DNA from: an uncultured Gammaproteobacteria bacterium
GTDB taxonomy: Bacteria > Pseudomonadota > Gammaproteobacteria > GCA-002705445 > GCA-002716945
Assembly (NCBI GenBank): GCA_913048065.1
Contig: CAJWVG010000001.1
Coordinates: 11,225 to 75,224 of the forward strand
DNA length: 64,000 nucleotides
Direction of reading: 5' to 3'
The notes beneath the pieces are model-generated. The model was given only the letters and a program-made list of their open reading frames with translations, had not been told where the DNA came from and did not search any database. Of the stretch, positions 1 through 9,794 are shown piece after piece; position 1 is the stretch's first letter; the number at the start of each line of letters is the position of its first letter. The position numbers and the translations under genes were made by a program.

Positions 1-575
1 CATTTGTCAAAAGTATGCCAAAGAGAATAATTATAGTTATTGATGAAGCATATTGTGAGTATGCGATACATAAAGGATATAAAAGTGCTATAAACCTCAT
101 TAAAAAATTTAGTAATGTAATAATTACTAGATCATTTTCTAAAATATTTGCGCTTGCTGGTGTTCGTGTAGGATATGGTTTAGCATCTGCGAGCATAATT
201 GGAAGACTTAATGATATGAGACAACCATTCAATGTTAATTATGTAGCACAAAGTATGGCAGCTGTATCACTTAAGGACACATCTTTTGTTAGAAAAAGTT
301 TATTAGATAACGACAAAGGAATGGACTTTTTGAAAAAAGAATTTGATAAGTTAAGAATTTCATATCTAGAATCCTATACAAATTTCATCACTATAAATCT
401 TGGAAATAAAGCTAACTTAATTTATAAGAAACTTCTCATAAATGGCATTATCCTAAGGCCTTTAGATAACTATGAGATGAAGAACTATTTGCGTGTAACA
501 GTAGGAACACCTAAAGAAAATGCTTATTTTATTACTAAGCTTAAAAGCATTATGGGTTTAAAACATAATGTTTAA
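1..575 (+). CDS. hisC: C-terminal part of a histidinol-phosphate/aromatic aminotransferase (class II, HisC family). The 5' end lies outside the window.
   Basis: The reading frame is open from the window edge. Motifs RSFSKIFALAGVRVGYG and LRVTVGTPKEN match HisC-family C-termini. It is followed by tyrA-aroA, as in the hisC2-tyrA-aroA clusters. Confidence 0.8.
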   Translation, partial: FVKSMPKRIIIVIDEAYCEYAIHKGYKSAINLIKKFSNVIITRSFSKIFALAGVRVGYGLASASIIGRLNDMRQPFNVNYVAQSMAAVSLKDTSFVRKSLLDNDKGMDFLKKEFDKLRISYLESYTNFITINLGNKANLIYKKLLINGIILRPLDNYEMKNYLRVTVGTPKENAYFITKLKSIMGLKHNV

Positions 576-1416
576 CTCAATATACATTTTCGGAACAGGA
601 ATGATGGGCGGCTCCCTTGCTTGCTCAATTAAACAGGCAAAGGTAGCTAATAAAATTTATGGATTTGATAGAGAGATTAAAAATCTCAAATATGCAAAAA
701 AAAATAAAATAATTAATGATTACGACTCAAAAGATTTTAAATTACTTTCTAAAGCAGACTTGATAATTATTTGTACCCCACTGAGCTCATATAAAAAGGT
801 TTTTGGAATAATTAATAAACATAAGAAAGATGATGCAATTGTAACGGATATTGGTAGCGCAAAATCTGATATTATAAAATTATCCTCTAAATTACTAAAA
901 AATAATAATCAATGTTTCATTGGTTCACATCCTTTGGCAGGAAAAGAAAAGAGTACTATAAATAACCATGATAAAGACATGTATAAAAACTCTGTTATTT
1001 TATTAACACCTACATCTAAAACCGACAAAAAGCTTAATACTAGTGTATGTGAATTTTGGTCATCGCTTAAATGCCAGGTTTTATCTATAGAACCAGAAGT
1101 ACATGATTTGGTCATGTCTCAAACTAGTCATCTACCACACCTAGTATCTTTTGCTCTAGTCAATATCATACTTAATAGTAAATCAATCAAAAATATTAAA
1201 GCATACACTGGCGGCGGATTTAAAGATTTTGCTCGCCTTGCACATAGTGATTCTTTGATGTGGAAAGATATATGTTGGAGTAATAAAAAAAATATCACCA
1301 AATCTATCATCTTATTAATCAAAGAACTACAGGATATAAAAAAAATAATCAACAGAAATGATAGTTCATTGTTTAAATATCTTAAAGATACAAAAATTAA
1401 ATTAAACAAGAAATGA
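568..1416 (+). CDS. tyrA: prephenate dehydrogenase
   Basis: N-terminal NAD-binding GTGMMGG and a GSHPLAG motif. Position between hisC and aroA. Confidence 0.85.
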   Translation: MFNSIYIFGTGMMGGSLACSIKQAKVANKIYGFDREIKNLKYAKKNKIINDYDSKDFKLLSKADLIIICTPLSSYKKVFGIINKHKKDDAIVTDIGSAKSDIIKLSSKLLKNNNQCFIGSHPLAGKEKSTINNHDKDMYKNSVILLTPTSKTDKKLNTSVCEFWSSLKCQVLSIEPEVHDLVMSQTSHLPHLVSFALVNIILNSKSIKNIKAYTGGGFKDFARLAHSDSLMWKDICWSNKKNITKSIILLIKELQDIKKIINRNDSSLFKYLKDTKIKLNKK

Positions 1417-2717
1417 TGAATAATACAAGTCTTATAATAAATAGTTCCAAGGAATTAATTGGTGATATTATGATTCCTGGAGATAAATCTATTACTCATA
1501 GAGCCATTATTCTAGGGTCTTTATGTTCTGGCAAAGTTATAATCAGCAATGGTCTCTTCTCAGAAGATTGCTTGAAAACAATTTCATGTTTTAAGCAAAT
1601 GGGAGTCGAGATAAAAACTAATGATTGTAGTATAGAAATTATTGGCAAGGGTTTGAGGTCTTTGATAGCACCTAAAGAAATTCTGGATACTGGTAACTCA
1701 GGCACTCTAGCAAGACTACTTTCTGGCATATTATCTTGTCAGAACTTCGACTCGTCTATAAATGGCGATGAATCTTTAAACTCAAGGCCCATGAAGCGCA
1801 TTATTGATCCTTTAACAAGTCTTGGTGCAATAATTAAATCTAAAGATTATAAATTACCAATATCTTTCAAAGCATCTAATTCACTAATACCAATAGCGTA
1901 TAAAAGTCCAATACCAAGCGCACAAATAAAATCTTGTTTATTACTTGCAGCTTTATTCATAGATGGAGAATCAGTTATAAGCGAAGAAACTAAAACGCGT
2001 GACCATACAGAACGATTATTAAAATATTTGGGCTATCCGTTTGAAGTTAATGATAAAGCAATTGTCATTAGAGGTAATGGTAGTTTGAGTGCAAGAGCTA
2101 TTGATATTCCTTCGGATATTTCTTCTGCGGCTTTTTTTATTGTTGCCGCACTAATTACTCAAGGGTCTGATATTCTTTTAACCAATATCGGCACAAATCC
2201 TTTACGCACAGGAATCATAGATGTTCTAATTGCTATGGGTGCTGATATTAAACTAATAAAAAATCGCTTAATTGGTGATGAACCTGTATCTGATATAAGA
2301 ATTAAATACTCTAGACTTAACTCAATAAATATTTCAGGTAAAATAATTTCTCGATTAATTGATGAATTACCAATTCTCTTTATTGCTTGTGCAATATGTG
2401 ATGGTACTTCAACAATAAATGATATTAAAGAATTAAGATATAAAGAGAGCGATAGAATATTATCTATGGAAACCGGACTTAAAAAATTAGGCATAGATGT
2501 TACATCTACCGAAAATTCAATTTCCATCATTGGAGGTTCTATCAATGGTGGTATAATTGATAGTTTTGGTGATCATAGGGTAGCAATGTCTTTTCTTATT
2601 GCTGGACTAGTATCAAAAAAGCCAATAACAGTTAGAAATACAGAGAATATAAATACGTCGTTTCCAACTTTCATAGATATTCTAAGAGAACAAAATATAG
2701 ATATATACAAAATATGA
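1413..2717 (+). CDS. aroA: 3-phosphoshikimate 1-carboxyvinyltransferase (EPSP synthase)
   Basis: GDKSITHRA and LDTGNSGTLARLL motifs; 434 aa. Confidence 0.95.
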   Translation: MMNNTSLIINSSKELIGDIMIPGDKSITHRAIILGSLCSGKVIISNGLFSEDCLKTISCFKQMGVEIKTNDCSIEIIGKGLRSLIAPKEILDTGNSGTLARLLSGILSCQNFDSSINGDESLNSRPMKRIIDPLTSLGAIIKSKDYKLPISFKASNSLIPIAYKSPIPSAQIKSCLLLAALFIDGESVISEETKTRDHTERLLKYLGYPFEVNDKAIVIRGNGSLSARAIDIPSDISSAAFFIVAALITQGSDILLTNIGTNPLRTGIIDVLIAMGADIKLIKNRLIGDEPVSDIRIKYSRLNSINISGKIISRLIDELPILFIACAICDGTSTINDIKELRYKESDRILSMETGLKKLGIDVTSTENSISIIGGSINGGIIDSFGDHRVAMSFLIAGLVSKKPITVRNTENINTSFPTFIDILREQNIDIYKI

Positions 2718-3388
2718 CTGATAATATACCGGTAATAACAATAGATGGTTTAGCAAGCTCAGGAAAGTCTAGCGTATCTAAATTATTATCAAAAAGGTTA
2801 AAATATTTTGTATTAGATAGCGGTATATTATACAGGGCCATTGCTTATATTAAAATTAATGAGCCAAATAGTTTTTCCTCTAAATCTTTACTAAATGAAG
2901 TCATAAACAATATTTATCTTAAACCATCAGAGAATCTTGATTTTTTAGTAACATATAAAGATAAAGATATTTCTAATAATCTTTATGAAGAAGAAATCGG
3001 TTTGGCAGCTTCTGAAATTTCAAAAAATGAAGATATTCGAAATCTCTTATTACCTATTCAACAAGGATGTGTCAGTATGCCTGGCCTGATAGCTAATGGT
3101 CGTGATATGGGGACAAAAGTTTTTCCTAATGCTCAATTAAAAGTATATTTTACAGCTGATATAGATGTTAGGGCAGAAAGAAGATATGAGCAATTACTCA
3201 AATCGGGAAGCAAACCAAGCTTTAAAAACATCCGTAAATCTCTAGTAGATAGAGATGAAAAGGATATTAATAGAGAAATATCTCCATTAAAAGCTGCAAA
3301 AGAGGCTGTTATAATTGATTCAAGTAAATTAAATATTGAGTCTATCCTTGATAAAATCCTTGAATTGTATAAGATATCAGGAGTTTAA
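2714..3388 (+). CDS. cmk: cytidylate kinase
   Basis: P-loop ITIDGLASSGKSS; N-terminus aligns to E. coli Cmk. Confidence 0.95.
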   Translation: MTDNIPVITIDGLASSGKSSVSKLLSKRLKYFVLDSGILYRAIAYIKINEPNSFSSKSLLNEVINNIYLKPSENLDFLVTYKDKDISNNLYEEEIGLAASEISKNEDIRNLLLPIQQGCVSMPGLIANGRDMGTKVFPNAQLKVYFTADIDVRAERRYEQLLKSGSKPSFKNIRKSLVDRDEKDINREISPLKAAKEAVIIDSSKLNIESILDKILELYKISGV

Positions 3389-3410
3389 AACAAAAGAGGT
3401 ATATTTATTG

Positions 3411-4784
3411 ATGGAAGCCCAAACAGAATTTGAAACTCTATTTCAAGATAGCATGAGCAAGATTGATATGACTCCCGGTAGCATAGTAACTGCAACAGTA
3501 ATCGAGATTAGAGATGATTATGTAGTTATTAATGCAGGCTTAAAATCTGAAGGTATTATACCAAAACATCAATTCCTCGATCTTAATGGTGAACTAGAAA
3601 TTGCCCTTGGTGATCAAGTTGAGGTCACTCTAGATATAATTGAAGACGGATATGGTGAAACAATCATGTCCCGTGAAAAAGCTAAAAGAACTAAAGTTTG
3701 GTCAGAGTTAGAGAAAATACAAAAGAGCCAAGAAATTATAGAAGGAAAAGTATGCGGAAAAGTTAAAGGTGGTTTTACTGTTGAATTAATGAATATAAAA
3801 GCATTTCTACCTGGCTCATTAGTTGATGTGAGACCAACAAAAGAGACTGATTATATTGAAGGAAAAATTCTAGAGTTTAAAATAATCAAAATGGATAAAA
3901 TAAGAAATAATATTGTGTTATCACGAAAGGCAGTTTTATTAGACCAAACATCAAGTCCAGAAGAAGTAGCAGAAAAATATACAGAAGGAAAGGTAGTCAC
4001 TGGCTTTATTAAGAATTTAACAGATTATGGAGCATTTATTGATTTAGGCGGAATTGATGGCCTGCTTCATATTACGGATATTTCATGGAAAAGAATTAAT
4101 CATCCTAGTGAAATTTTAAAAATTGGCGATGAAATTAAAGTTACTGTACTTAAGTATGATACAGAAAAAAACAGAGTTAGCCTTGGAATGAAACAATTGC
4201 AAGACGACCCATGGGACAAAATACCTGGAAAACTTACTTTAAATGAAACTTACAAAGGTACTGTTGCAAATATTGCAGATTACGGAGTATTTGTTGACTT
4301 AGGTGATAATGTTGAAGGCTTAGTAAGAACATCAGAATTAAATTGGACTAATAAAAATATAAATCCAAATAAAGTTGTTAATCTTGGGGATGAAATAGAA
4401 GTCAAGGTAATGGAGATTGATGATGAAAAACGCAGAGTATCACTCAGTCATAAACAATGTTTAGACAATCCTTGGATTCAATTTGAGGATACCCATAAAA
4501 AAGGTGACATTATTAAAAGCCAAATTAAATCTATAACTGACTTTGGAATTTTTATTGGACTAGATGGCGGCATTGATGGACTCATACATATCACTGATAT
4601 CACTTCTGAAGAAGCTAAACAAGAAGAATTAATTAGATCTTTTAAAAAAGGCGATGAATTAGAATCTGTTATTTTATCAATTGATTCTGAACGCGAGAGA
4701 GTCTCACTTGGTATTAAACAACTAGCGTCTGAGGCTAATGATAATAGTGCTGAAAATGTAGATGCTAAAAGAACAATAACGTGA
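3411..4784 (+). CDS. rpsA: 30S ribosomal protein S1. At 457 aa it appears to have 5 S1 domains rather than 6.
   Basis: MEAQTEFETLFQDSM...GSIVTATVIEI aligns to the S1 N-terminus. AGAGG lies about 12 nt upstream of the ATG at 3411. The ORF-track start at 3336 is an upstream extension. Confidence 0.9.
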   Translation: MEAQTEFETLFQDSMSKIDMTPGSIVTATVIEIRDDYVVINAGLKSEGIIPKHQFLDLNGELEIALGDQVEVTLDIIEDGYGETIMSREKAKRTKVWSELEKIQKSQEIIEGKVCGKVKGGFTVELMNIKAFLPGSLVDVRPTKETDYIEGKILEFKIIKMDKIRNNIVLSRKAVLLDQTSSPEEVAEKYTEGKVVTGFIKNLTDYGAFIDLGGIDGLLHITDISWKRINHPSEILKIGDEIKVTVLKYDTEKNRVSLGMKQLQDDPWDKIPGKLTLNETYKGTVANIADYGVFVDLGDNVEGLVRTSELNWTNKNINPNKVVNLGDEIEVKVMEIDDEKRRVSLSHKQCLDNPWIQFEDTHKKGDIIKSQIKSITDFGIFIGLDGGIDGLIHITDITSEEAKQEELIRSFKKGDELESVILSIDSERERVSLGIKQLASEANDNSAENVDAKRTIT

Positions 4785-4794
4785 GTTTTAATCA

Positions 4795-5085
4795 ATGATA
4801 TTAAATAGATCTGAACTAATATCTATATTATCTAGCAAATTTAAATCTTTTACGGCTTCAGACATAGACTATTCTGTAAAAAAAATTCTAGAACATATAT
4901 CTAAGTCTCTGTATTCAGGAGACAGAATAGAGATTAGAGGTTTTGGAACATTTTCATTACATAACCATAATTCTAGGACAGCAAGAAACCCAAAAACAGG
5001 AGAACTAGTTGCTCTAGAAAAACGATACAGTGTGCATTTCAAGCCAAGTAAAGAATTGAAATCTAGAGTAAATAATAAAAATTAA
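4795..5085 (+). CDS. ihfB: integration host factor beta subunit
   Basis: HU/IHF fold, GFGTFSLHNHNSRTARNPKTGE; follows rpsA. Confidence 0.9.
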   Translation: MILNRSELISILSSKFKSFTASDIDYSVKKILEHISKSLYSGDRIEIRGFGTFSLHNHNSRTARNPKTGELVALEKRYSVHFKPSKELKSRVNNKN

Positions 5086-5137
5086 AAACCAATTCCTCTT
5101 CAATTAATACTCTTAATAGAATAATATATTATATATT

Positions 5138-5434
5138 ATGTTTAGAGTCTTAATATTTCTTGTCACATTATCATTGTTAGCTTTAGCTATTACGGTATCT
5201 ATGCTCAATCCAGAACCTATTGATATTGATTTATATATACATATTTTCACAGGGCCGCTACCTTTATTTCTATTTATAAGTTTTTTATCAGGCTCATTCT
5301 TAGCTTTGTTATTTTTTCTAACTGCATATATCAAACATAAACATGAAAGTATGAATTTAAAAAAAATTATGAAAACTAAAGAGGATGAGATTGATAGTTT
5401 GAGAAAAAACCCTCTTAGAGACGATCACGAATGA
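5138..5434 (+). CDS. lapA: lipopolysaccharide assembly protein LapA (YciS, DUF1049)
   Basis: Small protein with two transmembrane segments directly upstream of lapB-pyrF. Confidence 0.65.
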   Translation: MFRVLIFLVTLSLLALAITVSMLNPEPIDIDLYIHIFTGPLPLFLFISFLSGSFLALLFFLTAYIKHKHESMNLKKIMKTKEDEIDSLRKNPLRDDHE

Positions 5435-6603
5435 TATACATATTAATCTTAATTGTGGTGATAATTCTATCATCAGCATACTTTTATTTAAAGCCAGCAA
5501 AAAAAGTCACCAAGAATATTTTTAATGCCGAATATTATAGAGGATTAAATTATCTTCTCAATAACGAGGAAGATAAGGCGTTTAAAATATTTACAGCACT
5601 TATGGATGTAGATAGTTCTACCATAGAAACACATCTAGCTCTAGGTGGTTTATATAGAAAAAGAGGTGAGTTTGATAAAGCTATATTAATTCATCAAAAT
5701 TTGCTAGCACGACCAACATTAGAAACAGAACTTAAGAATCAAGCTTTATATGAATTAGCAAAAGATTTCTATTCCGCAGGTTTATATGATAGATCCGAAA
5801 GAATCTTTAATAATCTCTCAGAAATTAAAAGTTATAAACAATCTTCGTTGGAGTATCTAATCAAAATATATGAAAGTACTAAAGAGTGGGAGCGTGCTAT
5901 TGACCTAGTAAAAACAATTGATACGAAATATATAAATAATGAGAAAACTAATTCTTTGCTAGCACAATATTATTGTGAAATATCTTCTGTCTATGAAACA
6001 GAAAATCAAATAGAAAAAGCAATAGCCATATCTAAAAAAGCCCTCAAGACAAATACTGGATGCATTCGAGCAAATTTACAACTTGCAAAATATTATTCAC
6101 AAAATGATATTGGAATATCTGCACAGTATTATAATGCAGTGATTATGCAAGATAAATTATTTGCCCCCTATATTACTAGCAAAATAATACAATTAGCTAA
6201 AAGAGTAGACAACTCTTCAACTGTAATAAAAACTTTAGTATCGATAGCTGAACACAAAGATATTCCATTCATACCTGAAATTTATTATTTTATATTATAT
6301 GAAAAAGACGATATTGCAGCTAAGAAATATATTAATACCTTTGACATGAAAGATACTGTAAACAATTTTGTCATCTCGCATGTATTGGCAGCTTCAGATA
6401 ATGGAGATAAGACTGATGGCAATCTAACCAACATGGTTAATTCATATGAAAATATTTTTGCTGCTAATTTCCATTTTATTTGTAATAATTGTGGTTATAA
6501 GTCTAATGAGTTAAACTGGAAATGTCCAAGTTGTAATCGATGGGAAACAATACTGCCTAAATCTGCTATAGATATAATTAGAGATGGAAATATAAATGAA
6601 TAA
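5431..6603 (+). CDS. lapB: lipopolysaccharide assembly protein LapB (YciM)
   Basis: N-terminal TM, TPR repeats and a C-terminal rubredoxin-like CNNCGY...CPSCNRW. Synteny with pyrF. Confidence 0.8.
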   Translation: MIYILILIVVIILSSAYFYLKPAKKVTKNIFNAEYYRGLNYLLNNEEDKAFKIFTALMDVDSSTIETHLALGGLYRKRGEFDKAILIHQNLLARPTLETELKNQALYELAKDFYSAGLYDRSERIFNNLSEIKSYKQSSLEYLIKIYESTKEWERAIDLVKTIDTKYINNEKTNSLLAQYYCEISSVYETENQIEKAIAISKKALKTNTGCIRANLQLAKYYSQNDIGISAQYYNAVIMQDKLFAPYITSKIIQLAKRVDNSSTVIKTLVSIAEHKDIPFIPEIYYFILYEKDDIAAKKYINTFDMKDTVNNFVISHVLAASDNGDKTDGNLTNMVNSYENIFAANFHFICNNCGYKSNELNWKCPSCNRWETILPKSAIDIIRDGNINE

Positions 6604-7291
6604 AGTAAGGCAAAATAATCCACTGATAATTATTGCCCTTGATTACGATAATGAAACAGATGTACTTGATCTTTGCAATAAATTGAGTCCAGCAGAATGT
6701 AGATTAAAAATTGGTAAACAGCTTTTTACAAAGTATGGACCTGATATAATAGAAAAAATTCATAATCTTGGTTTCGAAATATTTTTAGATTTAAAATTTC
6801 ATGATATACCGACCACAGTCCATAAAGCTTGTTTAGAAGCATATAAGCTGGGTGTTTGGATGTTGAATGTACATTTATTAGGTGGCAAAGATATGATTAT
6901 GGCAGCTAAAGAAGCAAGAGATTCTATAAATCCACAGCTTAATCTGATCGGTGTTACATTATTGACTAGCCATAATCATGATGATTTGAAATACTTTAAT
7001 GCAAACACTAGACAAGAAGTCGTACAAAACCTTTCTGAAATAGCCATTGAATCAGAAATCGATGGAGTAGTATGTTCTCCGGGTGACATCGAAATAATTA
7101 ATAAGCATAAAAATTCTTTAAAATTTATTACACCTGGCATAAGACTTAATGATGTAAGTAATGAGCATGCTAAAACATATACTCCTGAATCTGCTATCAA
7201 TTTAGGTAGTTCTTATTTGGTTATAGGGAGGCCAATTACTGAAGCTAGTGACCCAATGTTAGTAATTAATCAAATTAATTCTAATATTTAA
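6596..7291 (+). CDS. pyrF: orotidine 5'-phosphate decarboxylase
   Basis: IIALDYD and DLKFHDIPTTV motifs. Confidence 0.9.
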   Translation: MNKVRQNNPLIIIALDYDNETDVLDLCNKLSPAECRLKIGKQLFTKYGPDIIEKIHNLGFEIFLDLKFHDIPTTVHKACLEAYKLGVWMLNVHLLGGKDMIMAAKEARDSINPQLNLIGVTLLTSHNHDDLKYFNANTRQEVVQNLSEIAIESEIDGVVCSPGDIEIINKHKNSLKFITPGIRLNDVSNEHAKTYTPESAINLGSSYLVIGRPITEASDPMLVINQINSNI

Positions 7292-8276
7292 AATTCTCTA
7301 ATAAATTTTGGTAGTCTGACTTATTATTAAATTTAGCGCCATATATTTGTATTATTTTTGAAGCAGAAAAATTAGCAAAGCTTAATGATTCTAGAAAATT
7401 TCCATCATCATATTTGTGCATAAATGAACCTAAGAACATATCTCCAGCTCCTGTAAAATCTTTAGAATCTACATCCAAACCTTCAACTTTATAAGTATCA
7501 GTCCCATCGTAACAAATAGCTCCTTTAGAGCCCAATGTTATTATATATATATCTGTAATCTCTTTGAGAAAATTCTGGGCTTGAGATAAATTTGTGGTTT
7601 CGGAAAAATTTAATGCTTCTTGTTCATTACAAAAGATTATATGTGATTTATTATTAAATAGTTTTAATAGATTATCGCGAAAATATTTTACAATATTAGG
7701 ATCCGACAGAGTTATAACTGATTTTGTATTATTTTCTTGAGCAATGGCTAATGCTTCGATACTTACATTCATTGTTTCATCTGATGTTACGAGATAACCT
7801 TCTATTAACAAATACTCCGAATCTTTGATAGATTGATTATCGATATCATCAATACTTAACAAGCTCGATGAACCAAGAAATGTATTCATTGTTCTTTCAT
7901 TATCAGGTGTTATCAATACTAAACATTCGCCACTTTTATTATTATCAAGCTTAGAAATGAATGTTTCTACACCTGATTTGTTAAGACACTCTATAAAGTT
8001 TTTTCCAGACTCATCATCAGAAACCTTTCCAGAGAAACAGACTTTATCATTATACTGAGCCATTGCAAATACAGAATTAGCAACTGAACCACCTGGTATG
8101 ATTTTTTCTGGCGGTCTCATTTTTTTCAAAGACTGATGTAATTTAGAATGTTTATCATACTCATTGAGTAACATGCATCCTTTTTCTAATTCAAGTTCCT
8201 TTAAGACTGAATCATTTACTTTATATTCATAATCTAATAGTGCATTACCAATGCCATATAATTTATATTTTTTCAT
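7281..8276 (-). CDS. PfkB-family carbohydrate/nucleoside kinase (adenosine kinase-like)
   Basis: GGSVANS and DFTGAGDMFLGSF (PfkB signature 2). Confidence 0.75.
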   Translation of the reverse strand: MKKYKLYGIGNALLDYEYKVNDSVLKELELEKGCMLLNEYDKHSKLHQSLKKMRPPEKIIPGGSVANSVFAMAQYNDKVCFSGKVSDDESGKNFIECLNKSGVETFISKLDNNKSGECLVLITPDNERTMNTFLGSSSLLSIDDIDNQSIKDSEYLLIEGYLVTSDETMNVSIEALAIAQENNTKSVITLSDPNIVKYFRDNLLKLFNNKSHIIFCNEQEALNFSETTNLSQAQNFLKEITDIYIITLGSKGAICYDGTDTYKVEGLDVDSKDFTGAGDMFLGSFMHKYDDGNFLESLSFANFSASKIIQIYGAKFNNKSDYQNLLENFKY

Positions 8277-8300
8277 ATTTTATCTCTATAAATAATCTAC

Positions 8301-8354
8301 TACCACTGATCGGACTCGAACCGATACTTTCTTGCGAAAAAGGGATTTTGAATC
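8301..8354 (-). repeat. 54-nt direct repeat: a duplicated 3' half of tRNA-Leu(CAA). It is the distal att-like end of the inserted islet.
   Basis: Identical to 11047-11100 (anticodon loop through the 3' end of the tRNA gene). Identity ends exactly where the tRNA sequence would continue. Confidence 0.85.
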
Positions 8355-8586
8355 ATTTTGAGTAAACTGTATGAATCGCAAACCCTTATATTTATTGACC
8401 TATAGAATAACACAGATAAATGTTTGTGTAATGCTTGTTCTATATTAACAAGCACCAACTTCTTTACCTGTGTATGTCATGTCGCTATAGTTTTATCCAC
8501 AGGCATGGCAGAAAATTTTAGACATGCACATCACAATTTGTTGATGTATGATTATTAAATAAAGAACTACTAAACCATCTTCATAT

Positions 8587-8595
8587 TGTTATAAT
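8587..8595 (+). promoter_or_regulatory. candidate extended -10 promoter element (TGTTATAAT) for the ORF at 8633
   Basis: TGnTATAAT lies 38 nt upstream of the ATG. The -35 region is poor. Confidence 0.25.
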
Positions 8596-8632
8596 TAAAG
8601 AATATCTATAAAAATATTAGTTTAAGCGTATC

Positions 8633-9793
8633 ATGTCTAAGAAAGTTAAAAAGAAAGTTAAAAAAGAACCTACCGCTGATGAGGTTGTCTATGAAAAAGC
8701 CCGGAAGTTCATAAAATCTCTGGGACCTGAAATAGAAGAAAAGTTTAAAAATATTAATGGAAAGACTAATCCAGTAGCTGTTCCAAAAAAACTTTATCCA
8801 GATAGAACACATAGGAGGAACAGAGCTTTAATATCTTGGAAAACGGTTAAAAAAAATAAACTCACCATTAGTCAGCTAAATACTTTCAAAAATGGTATAT
8901 GTGTCGAGTTTATAAATGATGACATCTTGAACGATATTTCTGAACTTGATGAGACGTATAAAGAGTTAAAAAATAGAATTGGTTCAGATGAAAATGTATC
9001 ATCTATTATCACTTTTCGAGTAGAGGATGGAGATCCTGGCGCTACTGTGGCAAGAGAAAGTTTTAAAAAGTTTGAAAGCTTAGAATCTGGAATTGAGTTA
9101 AAAAAAATTGAACGAGTATCAAAAAAAATTCATGTTGATGCTGGTTATGCAAGATTTCCAGGCCAAAAGAACGAGTTCTGGAAAGGAAATGCATACTATG
9201 ATATTAGTGGTGGTAAACAGAAAAAGGATTCAATAAAAAGTCATACAAGTGAAGACAAGCTAAATCTTTTTAATTCGGCTAATGAATATGCAAATGATGT
9301 GGTATGTAATGATTTATACATCACTTTATTTTATTTTTTTATACATTGTCATGATATTGATCAGAAGTTTAATGATAAGTTAGAAGATTTTACTAACATA
9401 AAACAAGAGTGTGAAGACTATCTTAGAACAAGGGATTATGATGAAAATAATCTCTATGAATATTGTATTACGAATCCATGCTTAACTTATAATAAAGGTA
9501 TCTTAACTGACCCTATAGAAGTTAAAAAAATAAGTGTTGATGATTTTAAGGAGCAAAATACTAAAAAACCAGAGCATATAGCGCTATGTCATAATGAGTC
9601 AGCTGATAAACAAATTATAAAATTTGATAAAATTAATGGGTGTATAGTATCAGCCGCGAGACCAACAAATATGTTTTGGATGTATCATACTTCTAACATG
9701 CTTCAACAAAACCATATTCTTGAAGAGTACATTACATTAGAAGCCGAAAGAGTCAATAGGAGGCATAAAATTTTCGAGAAAAACAAAGAATAA
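8633..9793 (+). CDS. hypothetical protein, 386 aa. Candidate restriction endonuclease partner of the adjacent methyltransferase.
   Basis: A long ORF with a Lys-rich N-terminus (KKVKKKVKK) that I cannot place in any family. It converges on the MTase gene with a 1-bp gap inside the tRNA-flanked islet. Confidence 0.6.
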   Translation: MSKKVKKKVKKEPTADEVVYEKARKFIKSLGPEIEEKFKNINGKTNPVAVPKKLYPDRTHRRNRALISWKTVKKNKLTISQLNTFKNGICVEFINDDILNDISELDETYKELKNRIGSDENVSSIITFRVEDGDPGATVARESFKKFESLESGIELKKIERVSKKIHVDAGYARFPGQKNEFWKGNAYYDISGGKQKKDSIKSHTSEDKLNLFNSANEYANDVVCNDLYITLFYFFIHCHDIDQKFNDKLEDFTNIKQECEDYLRTRDYDENNLYEYCITNPCLTYNKGILTDPIEVKKISVDDFKEQNTKKPEHIALCHNESADKQIIKFDKINGCIVSAARPTNMFWMYHTSNMLQQNHILEEYITLEAERVNRRHKIFEKNKE

Positions 9794-9794
9794 T

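Noticed and set aside
909-1409. Minus-strand ORFs (909-1115 and 1128-1409) inside tyrA. There are similar antisense ORFs inside aroA, rpsA, smc, dnaB, uvrB and other genes.
   Set aside because: They are shadow ORFs on the opposite strand of well-supported genes. They show no homology and no independent signals.
3336-3410. Upstream extension of rpsA from the ORF-track start at 3336
   Set aside because: The homologous S1 N-terminus begins at the ATG at 3411, which has an AGAGG SD. The extension overlaps the cmk end and is not conserved.
8432-8454. 8-bp hairpin (TGCTTGTT...AACAAGCA) in the islet non-coding region, considered as a terminator
   Set aside because: No T-tract follows it on either strand. 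I mention it only as part of the islet description.
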